The notes beneath the pieces were generated by a model. The model saw only the letters and a program-made list of their open reading frames with translations, searched no databases and had not been told where the DNA came from. DNA of 64,000 nt from Sediminibacterium goheungense (GTDB lineage Bacteria > Bacteroidota > Bacteroidia > Chitinophagales > Chitinophagaceae): assembly GCF_004361915.1 (NCBI RefSeq), contig NZ_SNWP01000010.1, forward strand, positions 1,016,050-1,080,049, given 5' to 3'. The translations under genes were made by a program, and so were the position numbers. This document shows positions 1 to 9,891 of the stretch, in pieces. The first letter of the stretch is position 1. Each line of letters begins with the position of its first letter.

Positions 1-2
1 AT

Positions 3-464
3 ATAGATGGCAATGGCTTTATGGACCTGGTATTAACCGGTAATGAATTTTCAATGGCTGCTTATCTCGGTCGTACAGATGCCTTCAACGGATTGGTTCT
101 ATTGAACAATGGCAAAAAAGGATTTCAGCCTTTATCCATCATCCAATCTGGCTTCTATACACCTGCCAATGGAAGAGCCCTTGTTGAAATGGTGATACAA
201 AATAAACCTGCTATCGCGGCAGGACAAAACAGAGACATGCTGAAACTCTTTCAGGCAAATCAGGTTCATGAAAGGGTAGTAACATTACAAGCAGCCGAAA
301 CACATGCAATGGTTTCCCTGAAAAATGGCAGTAAACGAAAAGAAGAGTTTCCTTTCGGGCAGGGATTTCTTTCTCAGTCGTCGCGGTTTGTTTCACTGAA
401 TCCATCCATTGTATCTGTTGATTTTTTTGCCGGTAATCAGAAAACCAGAACCCTCCAACCCTGA
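3..464 (+). CDS. C-terminal ~150 aa of a CRTAC1/ASPIC-UnbV family FG-GAP (VCBS-repeat) protein; gene starts upstream of window
   Basis: Open frame from nt 3 with no upstream stop (…IDGNGFMDLVLTGNEF…). DxDGxxDLVLxGN FG-GAP-like motif and tail resemble the C-termini of the two large paralogs at 2971-6312 and 6321-9659. Confidence 0.55.
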   Translation: MDGNGFMDLVLTGNEFSMAAYLGRTDAFNGLVLLNNGKKGFQPLSIIQSGFYTPANGRALVEMVIQNKPAIAAGQNRDMLKLFQANQVHERVVTLQAAETHAMVSLKNGSKRKEEFPFGQGFLSQSSRFVSLNPSIVSVDFFAGNQKTRTLQP

Positions 465-469
465 GCCTT

Positions 470-1786
470 ATGAAGCAGTATAAAAAATGGTTTACGGTTA
501 TATGCATTTTTATAACCCTTATAGCATGTAATGAAAAAAAGAAAAACAATATTCCGAAAGGAGCTGAATTACAACACCAATGTGTGCAGGCATTAACTGA
601 AGTAGTTGTATACGATATCATTAACCCTCCTGTAGCCAGCAGGATGTATGCCTATAGCAACCTTGCTTATTATGAGGCGCTATGTCCTTCCAGTAAAAAA
701 TGTACCAGCCTGCTCCCGGTTTTAAAAGATTTCGCCACACCGGGAACACCCGATAAAAACAAAAAGTACGACTTCAGGCTATCTGCTACCGTGGCATTTA
801 TGAAGGTTGCGGAAGCACTTGTTTTTTCGAAAGACAGTATCAGAAAAAGCAGGGATAATATACTAGCCGATTTTGCAGACATAGATGAAGATGTATTTAA
901 CAACAGTATTGCCTGGGGTGAGAAAGTGGCTTCTGTTGTTTTAGAAAGAGCTGGTAAAGATGGTTACAAACTTACCCGCGGTATGCCCAAATTCAGCGTA
1001 TTGAAAGAAACCGGTATCTGGCAGCAAACGCCTCCCGATTATGAAGAAGCCGTAGAACCCAACTGGCGGTACCTGAAGCCCCTGCTCATGGATTCTGCAT
1101 CGCAGTTTAAACCCATAAGGCCTCCGGTATTTAACATGACAAAAGGAAGCCCATACTATAAAGAAGTGATGGAAGTATATGAAATGAGTACCTCATTAAC
1201 CGATGAACAAAAAATGATAGCCCGTTTCTGGGACGATAATCCTTTTGTATCTGAACATAAAGGGCACCTTACTTATGCCAATAAAAAAACAACCCCTGTA
1301 GGCCACTGGATGGGCATTACAGGTATTCTGGGAAGGCAATCCAATAAAAACGAGTTCGAAATCGCAAAAGCTTATGCATTAACTGCTGCTGCTATTTTTG
1401 ATGGCTTTATTGCTACCTGGGAAGAAAAATATACCAGCAAAACAGTAAGACCGGTTACAGTTATCAGAGAGTATATTTCTTCGGAGTGGAACCCACTGTT
1501 ACAAACACCTCCTTTTCCTGAATATACCAGCGGTCATAGTGTAATATCAGCTGCCGCAGCCACAGTCTTATCTGAGGTTTTTGGTAACAACACCGCTTTC
1601 CATGATACCACTGAAGTGAAATACCTGGGTCTGGAAAGAAGCTTTTCTTCACTGGGGGCTGCTTCCGATGAAGTAAGCATGAGTAGGATGTATGGAGGTA
1701 TTCATTACCGTTCAGCAGTTATGAATGGACAAAAGCAGGGGCAGGAAATCGGTAGCTACTACAATAAAATTTTTTTACCTGAATAA
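470..1786 (+). CDS. Vanadium-dependent haloperoxidase / PAP2-superfamily (acid phosphatase-like) lipoprotein
   Basis: 438 aa with lipoprotein signal (…LIACNEKK). PAP2/haloperoxidase motifs K-x6-RP (SKTVRPVT), SGH (YTSGHS) and SR-x5-H (SRMYGGIHYRSA). Confidence 0.65.
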   Translation: MKQYKKWFTVICIFITLIACNEKKKNNIPKGAELQHQCVQALTEVVVYDIINPPVASRMYAYSNLAYYEALCPSSKKCTSLLPVLKDFATPGTPDKNKKYDFRLSATVAFMKVAEALVFSKDSIRKSRDNILADFADIDEDVFNNSIAWGEKVASVVLERAGKDGYKLTRGMPKFSVLKETGIWQQTPPDYEEAVEPNWRYLKPLLMDSASQFKPIRPPVFNMTKGSPYYKEVMEVYEMSTSLTDEQKMIARFWDDNPFVSEHKGHLTYANKKTTPVGHWMGITGILGRQSNKNEFEIAKAYALTAAAIFDGFIATWEEKYTSKTVRPVTVIREYISSEWNPLLQTPPFPEYTSGHSVISAAAATVLSEVFGNNTAFHDTTEVKYLGLERSFSSLGAASDEVSMSRMYGGIHYRSAVMNGQKQGQEIGSYYNKIFLPE

Positions 1787-1788
1787 CC

Positions 1789-1897
1789 CCTGCGTAAACG
1801 CTGCGTTCTCTGTTCTCTGCGGTGGGATTACTGAAATCATCCTGACGGAGGAAGGAACCGCAGAGAATAAGAGATAACGGAGTTTACGCAGAGAAGG
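1789..1897. repeat. ~109-bp palindromic intergenic repeat (copy A), outer stem CTGCGTAAAC/GTTTACGCAG, inner stem CTCTGCGGT/ACCGCAGAG
   Basis: Seen directly. Copy B at 2884-2963 is its ~85%-identical reverse complement. Confidence 0.7.
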
Positions 1898-1956
1898 AAT
1901 GAGTGATTGTATAGTATTGTATGCTTACATTTGGATAATAAAATATAGTCGGGATT

Positions 1957-2883
1957 ATGAAGCGTTTTTTGTTGATTGTTTTGGTCATTATAATAGCTGT
2001 TTTTACAACAGGTTTTTTCCTCCCAAAAGAAAAAACAGTTACCCAAACCCTGAACGCTACCATACCCTTTGATGGCATTTCAAGGGCCATCGTAAATAAA
2101 AACCAGTGGCAGAACTGGTGGCCGGGTAAAGTGGTGAATGATAGTACCGTTTCTTATCAGGAAAAAGACATCACCATTAACCTGCTGCTACTGAATGGCT
2201 TTAAAGCAACCGTAAAAGATGGCAGCAATTGGGTATTTCTTGATTTTCAGTCGGCTGCTACTTATAATGCAGAAACAGCACTCACGCTTACTACTACCAT
2301 TTCTCTTTCGTCTAATCCCTTCCTGAAAGTATTTCAATACATGACTGTTGGTAGTAGTCTGAAAAAATGGGAAAGTCTGCTTCAGTCACTCAAAACAAAT
2401 TTTTCAGATATCCAAAAAATATATGGCTTCGACATTCAGTTAGGTAAAGTACCCAACTCATCCTATATCTCTGCACAGCAGAACTATGACCATGCACCTA
2501 CGAATGAGGAGCTGTATAGGCTGATTGATGAAGTAAAAAATTATATCGCCGGCGAAAACGCAAAGGTGATGAACGATCCGATTTTAAATATTGTAAAAGA
2601 AAGCGACAAAGCTTATACTGCAATGGTAGCAGTGGCTACCGATAGAGACCTGCCCGGCAAAGGCAGGTTTATGCTAAAACAAATGATGCTGGGTAATCTG
2701 GTGGTGGCGAAAGTTACCGGCGGACCTGCTATCATTGAAAAATGCAGACAGGCAGTTCAGTTTTATGTAAGCGACTATAGAAAGGTTTCACCAGCCATTG
2801 CCTTCGAAAGATTAATCAGCAACCGTTTAACCACAGACAGCACCCAATGGGTTACCACTATTAATTATCCTGTATTTCAATAG
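1957..2883 (+). CDS. Membrane-anchored protein of unknown function (possibly SRPBCC-like fold)
   Basis: 308-aa ORF with N-terminal TM helix (LLIVLVIIIAVFTTGFF). No diagnostic motif. Flanked by inverted copies of an ~80-110-bp repeat. Confidence 0.35.
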   Translation: MKRFLLIVLVIIIAVFTTGFFLPKEKTVTQTLNATIPFDGISRAIVNKNQWQNWWPGKVVNDSTVSYQEKDITINLLLLNGFKATVKDGSNWVFLDFQSAATYNAETALTLTTTISLSSNPFLKVFQYMTVGSSLKKWESLLQSLKTNFSDIQKIYGFDIQLGKVPNSSYISAQQNYDHAPTNEELYRLIDEVKNYIAGENAKVMNDPILNIVKESDKAYTAMVAVATDRDLPGKGRFMLKQMMLGNLVVAKVTGGPAIIEKCRQAVQFYVSDYRKVSPAIAFERLISNRLTTDSTQWVTTINYPVFQ

Positions 2884-2963
2884 CTCTCTGCGGTTCCTTC
2901 CTTCGCCAGGATGACGTTAGTAATGCAACCGCAGAGAACATGAGGACGCAGCGTTTACACAGG
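2884..2963. repeat. ~80-bp copy B of the same palindromic repeat, inverted relative to copy A
   Basis: CTCTGCGGTTCC…AACCGCAGAGAACATGAGGACGCAGCGTTTACAC aligns with the reverse complement of copy A. Confidence 0.7.
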
Positions 2964-2970
2964 GTATATA

Positions 2971-5900
2971 TTAGTTTTTACCCAGAACAATAACAGTTGC
3001 ATTATTCCGGGCGAGGACATACGCTTTCTTATTATTGATCATAATAGGTTTTGCATTGCGTACCTGCCCGGTGATGGGTGGTATTGCAGATGAGGATATT
3101 TTCAACCCCTTCCCTTTTTCATACGATAACAGGTTTCCAAAATCTGCATCCTGTCTGCCGATTTCAACATTATTGGCGAAGAAGTTTCCCATAGTTAGCC
3201 ATTGCGGTTGCGTGCCGTTATCAATTTTCACCACAGATCTTAACTGGCTAAACTGTGTTTCATATGGAAGTGCCGATGCCGTAAACTTCATATTACCCTC
3301 ATTCAGTAATAAGAGATGATCAAAACAATTGGCTTCTAACTGATAGGCTTTTTCAAATTTCTGCGGTGCAAACAATTGTTTAAGCTCTGCTTTTGCAAAA
3401 TCAGCAGCATATAAATATTTTTTCTTCAGGAGCGGAATCGATTTTTCCAACTGCAGTTTACTTGACAATGGCATTTCTGTACCATTTACATAATAAGTCA
3501 TAATCTGCTCCACTCTCGAGTTATCATCAAAATCGTTCATGTACATCCTTACAGGATATTTTTCTGATGCTTTTACCCGACTGTTGGCTCCGAAATTACC
3601 AGCTATAAGGTCAACATCACCATCGCCATCTATATCATCCGCATACACTGTTTGCCACCATCCTTTTTTGGCTGTAATCGTTTGCTGTACATATTGATTA
3701 CCCTGTTTTACCAATGCCTCTATACCACCCCATACATAAGATAGCAACAGATCTTTTTGTCCGTCTTTATTCAGGTCAACCCATTGTGCTGAACTGATAA
3801 AACCTCCCGGCTGTATCAATGAACTGGCAAATTCAGTTGTAACATCTTTGAAATTACCATATCCATCGTTGAGGAATAAATAAGAACGCGCGGGCATTCC
3901 ATAAGCATAGGTAACCGATCGACCGGCAAAGAATAAATCAATATTACCGTCGCCATTGATATCATGGGCAATTACTTTACTCTGTGTATTCATACCCGGC
4001 GGAAAAGCAAAATCTTTTTTACGCAGATTACCTCTGCCATCATTCATGTATAGAAGGGGTTGCAGGTGCTCATCTTCTCCATAGTATTCATTACCACCAC
4101 TGGCAATCACGAGGTCCATGGCCTGATCATTGTTCACATCAACCCAGATAGCATCTACATTTTCCCACATGGAATCCTTATCCATAGCAGGTTGCACTGA
4201 ACGAATAAAAGTTCCATTTTTATTTTGGATATACAAGGCATTTCTATACCCTTTCGAAGAACCCACAAATACATCTTCCAAACCATCGTGGTTAATATCT
4301 GCCACAGCCAGTGCAGGCCCCTCTGTTGAAATCATATGCGGAATCAATGGCTCTCTGTCAAATTCATTGAACAGGTTTTCTTCGTGACGATAGTTGATAC
4401 CAGTTGATGCTGTTATATCCTGTAGCACTGTTTGCGGAGACGTTAGCTGCTGATTCAACCTGTTGAAATTAAATGCAGGCAATCCTTTTTTATACGCTAT
4501 TTCTCCAACACTACCTTTCGTCAACTGTACCGACTGATAAGTTCTGTCGGGCCATATCAGCAACGCAGAGTCTACGGTTATATTTTTGAGTCCGGCCTGC
4601 AATGGCAGCTGCATACTGGATAAAAAACCATGTACCGGAAAATTTTCATAACTATATACCTGCCCTTCACCGTAGACCAGTAATTTGGTGCCAATGGCCA
4701 TTGTATTAGTACTATCGCCTTTTAATATCAGCTTTGCGAAATCCTTCTGCTCCTTCTTTGTATTGGTTTTGTTTTCATACACCAGTACCGGATCGTTAAT
4801 ATTGTTGACCACCAGATCGAGATCGCCATCATTATCTAAATCGGCATATACAGAACCATTTGAAAAAGTAGGCAGGTTATTATCAATACTATCAGTAAGA
4901 TTATCAAACGACAAATTCCCTTTGTTACGGTAAAACTGATTGGGAATTTTAATTTCCGGAAACTTGTTGATGAGTGCTATGTCTTTATCCTGAAGGGTAT
5001 TGTTTTTTAATTTCTCCTGCAGTTCCCCACCCGATACATAATTGATGTAATCGATATCATTCATGCGTTTGGGAATACCATTCGATACAAAGAGATCTTT
5101 TAATCCGTCATTATCAAAATCCATCCATAAAGAAGCCCAGCTCCAGTCGGTAGCATGAATACCTGCATACTGACCTATTTCACTAAAATGCCCATTTTTT
5201 CTGTTGTACTGAAGATTATTTCTCGCATACTGATGGGTATAGCCATATTGTAATTTCTGCTGGTAGATATTATAATCATCTTCTGCCATTGAGCGCTTCA
5301 GCATATAAGGATCGTATGGCAACATGTCCATAGAAATAATTTCAGGATAGGCATCGTTATTGATATCGGCAACATCTACTCCCATACTGAACTGACTGGT
5401 ATGCATTAACTGTTCGGCTCCCTTTTCTGCAAAAGTTCCGTTCTGCTGGTTGATATAGAGGTAATCATTTTCATGGAAATCATTTCCCACATAAATATCC
5501 GGCCACCCATCCAGGTTAATATCTGCTACGGTTACACCCAGTCCATACCCTATTTTACTACCATTGATACCAGCTTTTTGGGTAACATTGGTAAATACTG
5601 TTTTTTGTTTCCCATCTGCTCCCTGCTGCTGGTCGTTTCTGTATAAACGCTGACCCGCCAGTGAGTCGTAGGTATTGATAAAAAGATCTCTGGGTGCATA
5701 ATTACCATCATGGTTTACAGAATGGTTCAGTAAAAACATATCCAGGTCTCCATCACCATCATAATCCAGAAAAGCGGCCTGTGTACTGAAGCCTGAAAAA
5801 TCCAGGCCATATTCAGCGGCTCTGTCTTCGTAGACCGGAATCTTATTGGCTCCAATACCCGTACAAACCAATAACTGATTCTTTCCTTTCAGCGTTTTGT

Positions 5901-6312
5901 ATTTACCTACCCTGCAGACATAAATATCCAACAGACCATCGTTATTAATATCCACTACCGATACACCCGTGCTCCATGCACCGTCAGCAGGTATATGGGC
6001 TTCTTTGGTAACATCGGTAAACTTCATGTTTCCTGCATTCAGGTATAAGGCATTATTCTGTTGATTGGCTGCAAAAAAAAGATCAACAAGACCGTCATTA
6101 TTAAAATCACCTGCACCTACACCGGCTCCATTATAGAAATACATGTAGGAAAAAAGATTAAATTCCGGTGTGGGTTGTAATGTATTACTGAAGTGAAGGC
6201 CTGTTGCTTCATGATTCAGTGGTGTAAATACCGATAATGTTTTCTTTTGCGAACATCCTGCCAGTAAAAATATCAACAGGCCCACAATGCTATACAATGA
6301 TTTCTTTTCCAT
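2971..6312 (-). CDS. CRTAC1-family lipoprotein (FG-GAP/VCBS repeats + ASPIC/UnbV domain), PUL-associated
   Basis: 1113 aa. Lipoprotein signal LLAGCSQ. Many D-x-N-x-D-G-x-x-D integrin-like Ca-binding repeats (VDINNDGLLDIYV, ADLDNDGDLDLVV, DIDGDGDVDLIAGNF). Paralog of 6321-9659. Confidence 0.75.
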   Translation of the reverse strand: MEKKSLYSIVGLLIFLLAGCSQKKTLSVFTPLNHEATGLHFSNTLQPTPEFNLFSYMYFYNGAGVGAGDFNNDGLVDLFFAANQQNNALYLNAGNMKFTDVTKEAHIPADGAWSTGVSVVDINNDGLLDIYVCRVGKYKTLKGKNQLLVCTGIGANKIPVYEDRAAEYGLDFSGFSTQAAFLDYDGDGDLDMFLLNHSVNHDGNYAPRDLFINTYDSLAGQRLYRNDQQQGADGKQKTVFTNVTQKAGINGSKIGYGLGVTVADINLDGWPDIYVGNDFHENDYLYINQQNGTFAEKGAEQLMHTSQFSMGVDVADINNDAYPEIISMDMLPYDPYMLKRSMAEDDYNIYQQKLQYGYTHQYARNNLQYNRKNGHFSEIGQYAGIHATDWSWASLWMDFDNDGLKDLFVSNGIPKRMNDIDYINYVSGGELQEKLKNNTLQDKDIALINKFPEIKIPNQFYRNKGNLSFDNLTDSIDNNLPTFSNGSVYADLDNDGDLDLVVNNINDPVLVYENKTNTKKEQKDFAKLILKGDSTNTMAIGTKLLVYGEGQVYSYENFPVHGFLSSMQLPLQAGLKNITVDSALLIWPDRTYQSVQLTKGSVGEIAYKKGLPAFNFNRLNQQLTSPQTVLQDITASTGINYRHEENLFNEFDREPLIPHMISTEGPALAVADINHDGLEDVFVGSSKGYRNALYIQNKNGTFIRSVQPAMDKDSMWENVDAIWVDVNNDQAMDLVIASGGNEYYGEDEHLQPLLYMNDGRGNLRKKDFAFPPGMNTQSKVIAHDINGDGNIDLFFAGRSVTYAYGMPARSYLFLNDGYGNFKDVTTEFASSLIQPGGFISSAQWVDLNKDGQKDLLLSYVWGGIEALVKQGNQYVQQTITAKKGWWQTVYADDIDGDGDVDLIAGNFGANSRVKASEKYPVRMYMNDFDDNSRVEQIMTYYVNGTEMPLSSKLQLEKSIPLLKKKYLYAADFAKAELKQLFAPQKFEKAYQLEANCFDHLLLLNEGNMKFTASALPYETQFSQLRSVVKIDNGTQPQWLTMGNFFANNVEIGRQDADFGNLLSYEKGKGLKISSSAIPPITGQVRNAKPIMINNKKAYVLARNNATVIVLGKN

Positions 6313-6320
6313 GATTTCTT

Positions 6321-9300
6321 TTACCTGTTGTCATTTTTTTGATTCGTACCTGCATTGATACGATAATAAAGCGGCACATCATTGTTTCTGAGAAACAGCA
6401 ATCCCTTTGTATTCTTTTGTTTTACCTGTGCAATATCTCTTACCTGTCCTTTCACAGAAAGGCCTGCATTCAAAGAAGGCACCAGTGAAAATTGCCGATT
6501 ACCCTGATTCAGTAAAATCTGTCCGTATGAAGCATCTACGCTACAGAACTGAGGCAGAAGATCAAAGAAATTTCCCGCCAATACAATATCATTCCTGCCA
6601 TCCTGGTCTACATCAGTAATCACGGAAGCCTGCACGGAAGATAGCTGTGTCATGAAAGACAGTTGCTCCAGTTTGAAATTTCCCTTACCATCATTATACG
6701 CTACACAGTTCGCTGCATTGTTTACGGTAAGAACAGTGGCATCTTTCAAGCCGTCTTTAAATACCTGCTGAATGCTTTTGTCGGCATAGTCAGCATGTTT
6801 GAGATTCGATTTTTTCAATGAGGGTATCTGTTCCGTAATATCTTTCTTCAGAAATACGGGTACTTCTTTACCGTTAAGTGTGTGACTGAAAATTTTATCA
6901 ATGGTACCATTCTGGTCAAAATCCTTGATCCATACTTTCACCGGATTATTGGCATCAGGTTTCATATAAAAATTCTGTCCCAGATTGCCCAATACCAGAT
7001 CAGGATAACCGTCTCCGTTCAGGTCACCTACGCTTACAGACTGCCACCAACCCATTTCATTTTCCAGTCCGGTTTTTTGTTCAGTGAATTTTCCGTTTTT
7101 ACAGGCATATACTTTAGGCGACATCCACTCACCTACCAGGAGTAGTTCTTTCTGGTTATCTCCATTCAGGTCTGTCCAAACCGCAGCTGTTAGCATACCT
7201 GCTGTTTGTAAAAAAGGGGCTGCTTTCTCTGTAACATCGGTAAAGACCGCCGCACCCTCATTATGAAAAAGGAAGCTTTTGGGGGCAATCCCGTAATTCT
7301 GCGGCTCACTTCTGCTGCCGATAAAAAGATCCATCTTTCCATCACCATCATAATCTAAGGGAAGGGCCACTGCTGTATTCGTATGACTGAGCGGAAATTT
7401 ACCAGGCTGTAAGGTGAAGTTGGCCTTACCATCATTCAGGTACAGCTGGTGCTGGTACTTTTCAGAAGATGCCGGTGCAAAATTGCCACCACCACCGATA
7501 AAAAGATCCATATCACCATCCTGATCGGCATCAAAAAAAGTGGCTGCTGTTACATCATTGAAAGTAAATTTTCCAAAATCGGGTATATTCTTTTTTGTAA
7601 AACCACTGGCGGTTTGCAGATACAGTTGTGATGGCTGGCCTACTGCACCACCAATAAAGATATCCTCCTGTCCATCACCATTTACATCTGCCACTGCCGT
7701 TTTAGGCCCCTGCTTTGAAAGCATAAAAGGAATATTACGCTCTACATAAAAATCTACATGCTCATCTTCTTTATGTGTATCAAATGGCATAGTTACCTGC
7801 GTAACCAATGTTGTTTGCGGCAACTCATGTTGGAATAAATTGATCCGTGTTTTACTGCTATCATACTGCACTTTCAGTACCTGATTGATGGCGGGCTTCA
7901 GAATAGTAGTGATTTTTTTATTGGGCCAGAGCACCTGAACAGAATCGGGCTGATATTTACCCAATCCAATGGTTTGTTTGTATTCTACAGATGACTGGAA
8001 CCCTTTACTCGGAATCAACTCTCGCGTAATTACCTGATCTTTTGCATACACTCTAATAGTACTACCTACTGCAAATGGATTTTGTTTTTCATATTGCAAC
8101 TGAACAGCCAGGTAGCTGGATGCTGAATCATCACGACTATTGTTTCTGTATACCAGGGCTTCCTGGTTTACATTATTGATGATCAGATCCAGGTCACCAT
8201 CATTATCCAGATCAGCATAAGATGCACCGTTTGAGAAAGTAGGTTTATCGAGGCCCCAGGCTTTTCCTGCATCACTAAAACGCAGATTACCCATATTCTG
8301 AAAAGCTTTATTGGGTATCGGAACAGAAGGCATTTTATCGATGATCGTATTCACTTCTTCTTTCTTTCCTTTTAATACCATCTGGTTCACTACATCGTTG
8401 GCAAAGAAGTCTATAAAATCCTGATCGGTTACATCGCGGAAAATACCATTACATACGATGATATCGGAAAGACCATCATTATTGGCATCAAACATCAAAG
8501 CACCCCAACTCCAGTCGCTGGCAGCAACACCGCTGTAAAAACCGGTTTCCAGAAACTTACCATCGCCATTGTTTACCTGTAATGCATTCTGGGTAAACTG
8601 GTTATAGAAACCCTGGTTCTGTTTTAGTTTATAGGTATCGTAACCTTCAAAAGAAGTATTGGTTTTTAATCGATAGTCGTCTCCCGGCAGCATATCTGTA
8701 GTGAAGATATCAGGCTTACCATCGTTATTAATATCCTGCAGGTCTGCTCCCATAGAAGAGAAACTGATATGTTGGGTACGATCTTCGATTTCATCTTTAA
8801 AAGTGCCATTGCGCTGATTGATGTACAGGTAATCTTTCTCAAAGAAATCATTAGACACATATACATCCGGATAGCCATCGAGGTTAATATCACCAACAGT
8901 TACACCTAACCCAAAGCTGATGATACTTCCATAGATACCCGCTTCTTTGGTTACATCTGTATATTTTCCATTATCATTTCTGTATAAATGATCCCCACCA
9001 CCTTTCAGGAACTCAGCATAAGGTGCTTCCGCATCAGGTATGCTGCGCATATTGGCGTAGTTGAGAGAGTTAACAGGTATGGGGCTGTTATTTACCAGAA
9101 AACAATCCAGATCACCGTCCAGGTCATAATCAAAGAAGGATGCATGCGTAGAGTAACCATCATTATCCAATCCGTATTCAGCGGCTTTCTCGGTGAATGT
9201 GAGATTTTTATTATTGATATAAAGTTTGTTTTTACGAAGCGACTTATTGAGCATATTGCCCGCATTACAAACATAAATATCCAGCCATCCATCGGCATTG

Positions 9301-9659
9301 ATATCTACAAAAACAACACCTGTACTCCATTCATTATTATAAACGATACCCGCTTTCGCAGTAATATCTTCAAATTGTAAGCCTCCTTTATTAAGGTATA
9401 GTTTATTACTGCTTTGGTTGGCGGTAAAAAATATTTCAGGCAGTCCGTCATTGTTCAGATCACCGGTTGCTACACCACCACCGTTATAAAAATTTCTATA
9501 CTTGAATACATTGAAAGATTCCGATTCAGTGAGTGTATTGGTAAAATTGATGTTGGTATTGGTTACCAGAGAGAATACTGTTTTTTCTTTGGTATTGGTA
9601 CAGGCTATCATACCCGATACACAGGCCATGAGCAACCCTATTCTTTTCGTCAGCGTCAT
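6321..9659 (-). CDS. CRTAC1-family lipoprotein (FG-GAP/VCBS repeats + ASPIC/UnbV domain), PUL-associated paralog
   Basis: 1112 aa. Lipoprotein signal MIACTN. Repeated DxNxDGxxD motifs (GDLNNDGLPEIFF, ADLDNDGDLDLIINN, VDQDGRNDIVLAGNFF). Collinear with the neighbouring paralog. Confidence 0.75.
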   Translation of the reverse strand: MTLTKRIGLLMACVSGMIACTNTKEKTVFSLVTNTNINFTNTLTESESFNVFKYRNFYNGGGVATGDLNNDGLPEIFFTANQSSNKLYLNKGGLQFEDITAKAGIVYNNEWSTGVVFVDINADGWLDIYVCNAGNMLNKSLRKNKLYINNKNLTFTEKAAEYGLDNDGYSTHASFFDYDLDGDLDCFLVNNSPIPVNSLNYANMRSIPDAEAPYAEFLKGGGDHLYRNDNGKYTDVTKEAGIYGSIISFGLGVTVGDINLDGYPDVYVSNDFFEKDYLYINQRNGTFKDEIEDRTQHISFSSMGADLQDINNDGKPDIFTTDMLPGDDYRLKTNTSFEGYDTYKLKQNQGFYNQFTQNALQVNNGDGKFLETGFYSGVAASDWSWGALMFDANNDGLSDIIVCNGIFRDVTDQDFIDFFANDVVNQMVLKGKKEEVNTIIDKMPSVPIPNKAFQNMGNLRFSDAGKAWGLDKPTFSNGASYADLDNDGDLDLIINNVNQEALVYRNNSRDDSASSYLAVQLQYEKQNPFAVGSTIRVYAKDQVITRELIPSKGFQSSVEYKQTIGLGKYQPDSVQVLWPNKKITTILKPAINQVLKVQYDSSKTRINLFQHELPQTTLVTQVTMPFDTHKEDEHVDFYVERNIPFMLSKQGPKTAVADVNGDGQEDIFIGGAVGQPSQLYLQTASGFTKKNIPDFGKFTFNDVTAATFFDADQDGDMDLFIGGGGNFAPASSEKYQHQLYLNDGKANFTLQPGKFPLSHTNTAVALPLDYDGDGKMDLFIGSRSEPQNYGIAPKSFLFHNEGAAVFTDVTEKAAPFLQTAGMLTAAVWTDLNGDNQKELLLVGEWMSPKVYACKNGKFTEQKTGLENEMGWWQSVSVGDLNGDGYPDLVLGNLGQNFYMKPDANNPVKVWIKDFDQNGTIDKIFSHTLNGKEVPVFLKKDITEQIPSLKKSNLKHADYADKSIQQVFKDGLKDATVLTVNNAANCVAYNDGKGNFKLEQLSFMTQLSSVQASVITDVDQDGRNDIVLAGNFFDLLPQFCSVDASYGQILLNQGNRQFSLVPSLNAGLSVKGQVRDIAQVKQKNTKGLLFLRNNDVPLYYRINAGTNQKNDNR

Positions 9660-9738
9660 ATGCTAAAATAATACAAATAGTGGGTGTTAGTCCATTCAAG
9701 TTCATATAAAAAGCAACTCTGTTCTTCGTATCCCACAT

Positions 9739-9835
9739 CTTCCTTTCTCTCCTTCTCCCTGAAAAAGAATGCTTACCAATAATGAAGTCCGAATAATCGA
9801 ATTTTTTTTGCAGGGAGAAGGGTAGAAAGGGAGGG
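9739..9835 (-). promoter_or_regulatory. Long pyrimidine/purine-arm inverted repeat between susD terminator and CRTAC1 genes
   Basis: CTTCCTTTCTCTCCTTCTCCCTG … 48 nt … CAGGGAGAAGGGTAGAAAGGGAGG. Could fold in mRNA or DNA. Confidence 0.4.
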
Positions 9836-9869
9836 AAAAAAAGAGCCGGTCAGAAAACTGACCGGCTCT
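9836..9869 (-). terminator. Rho-independent terminator after susD
   Basis: On the minus strand: AGAGCCGGTCAG-TTTT-CTGACCGGCTCT followed by TTTTTTT. Confidence 0.75.
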
Positions 9870-9891
9870 TACTACTATTCAATCACATCTA

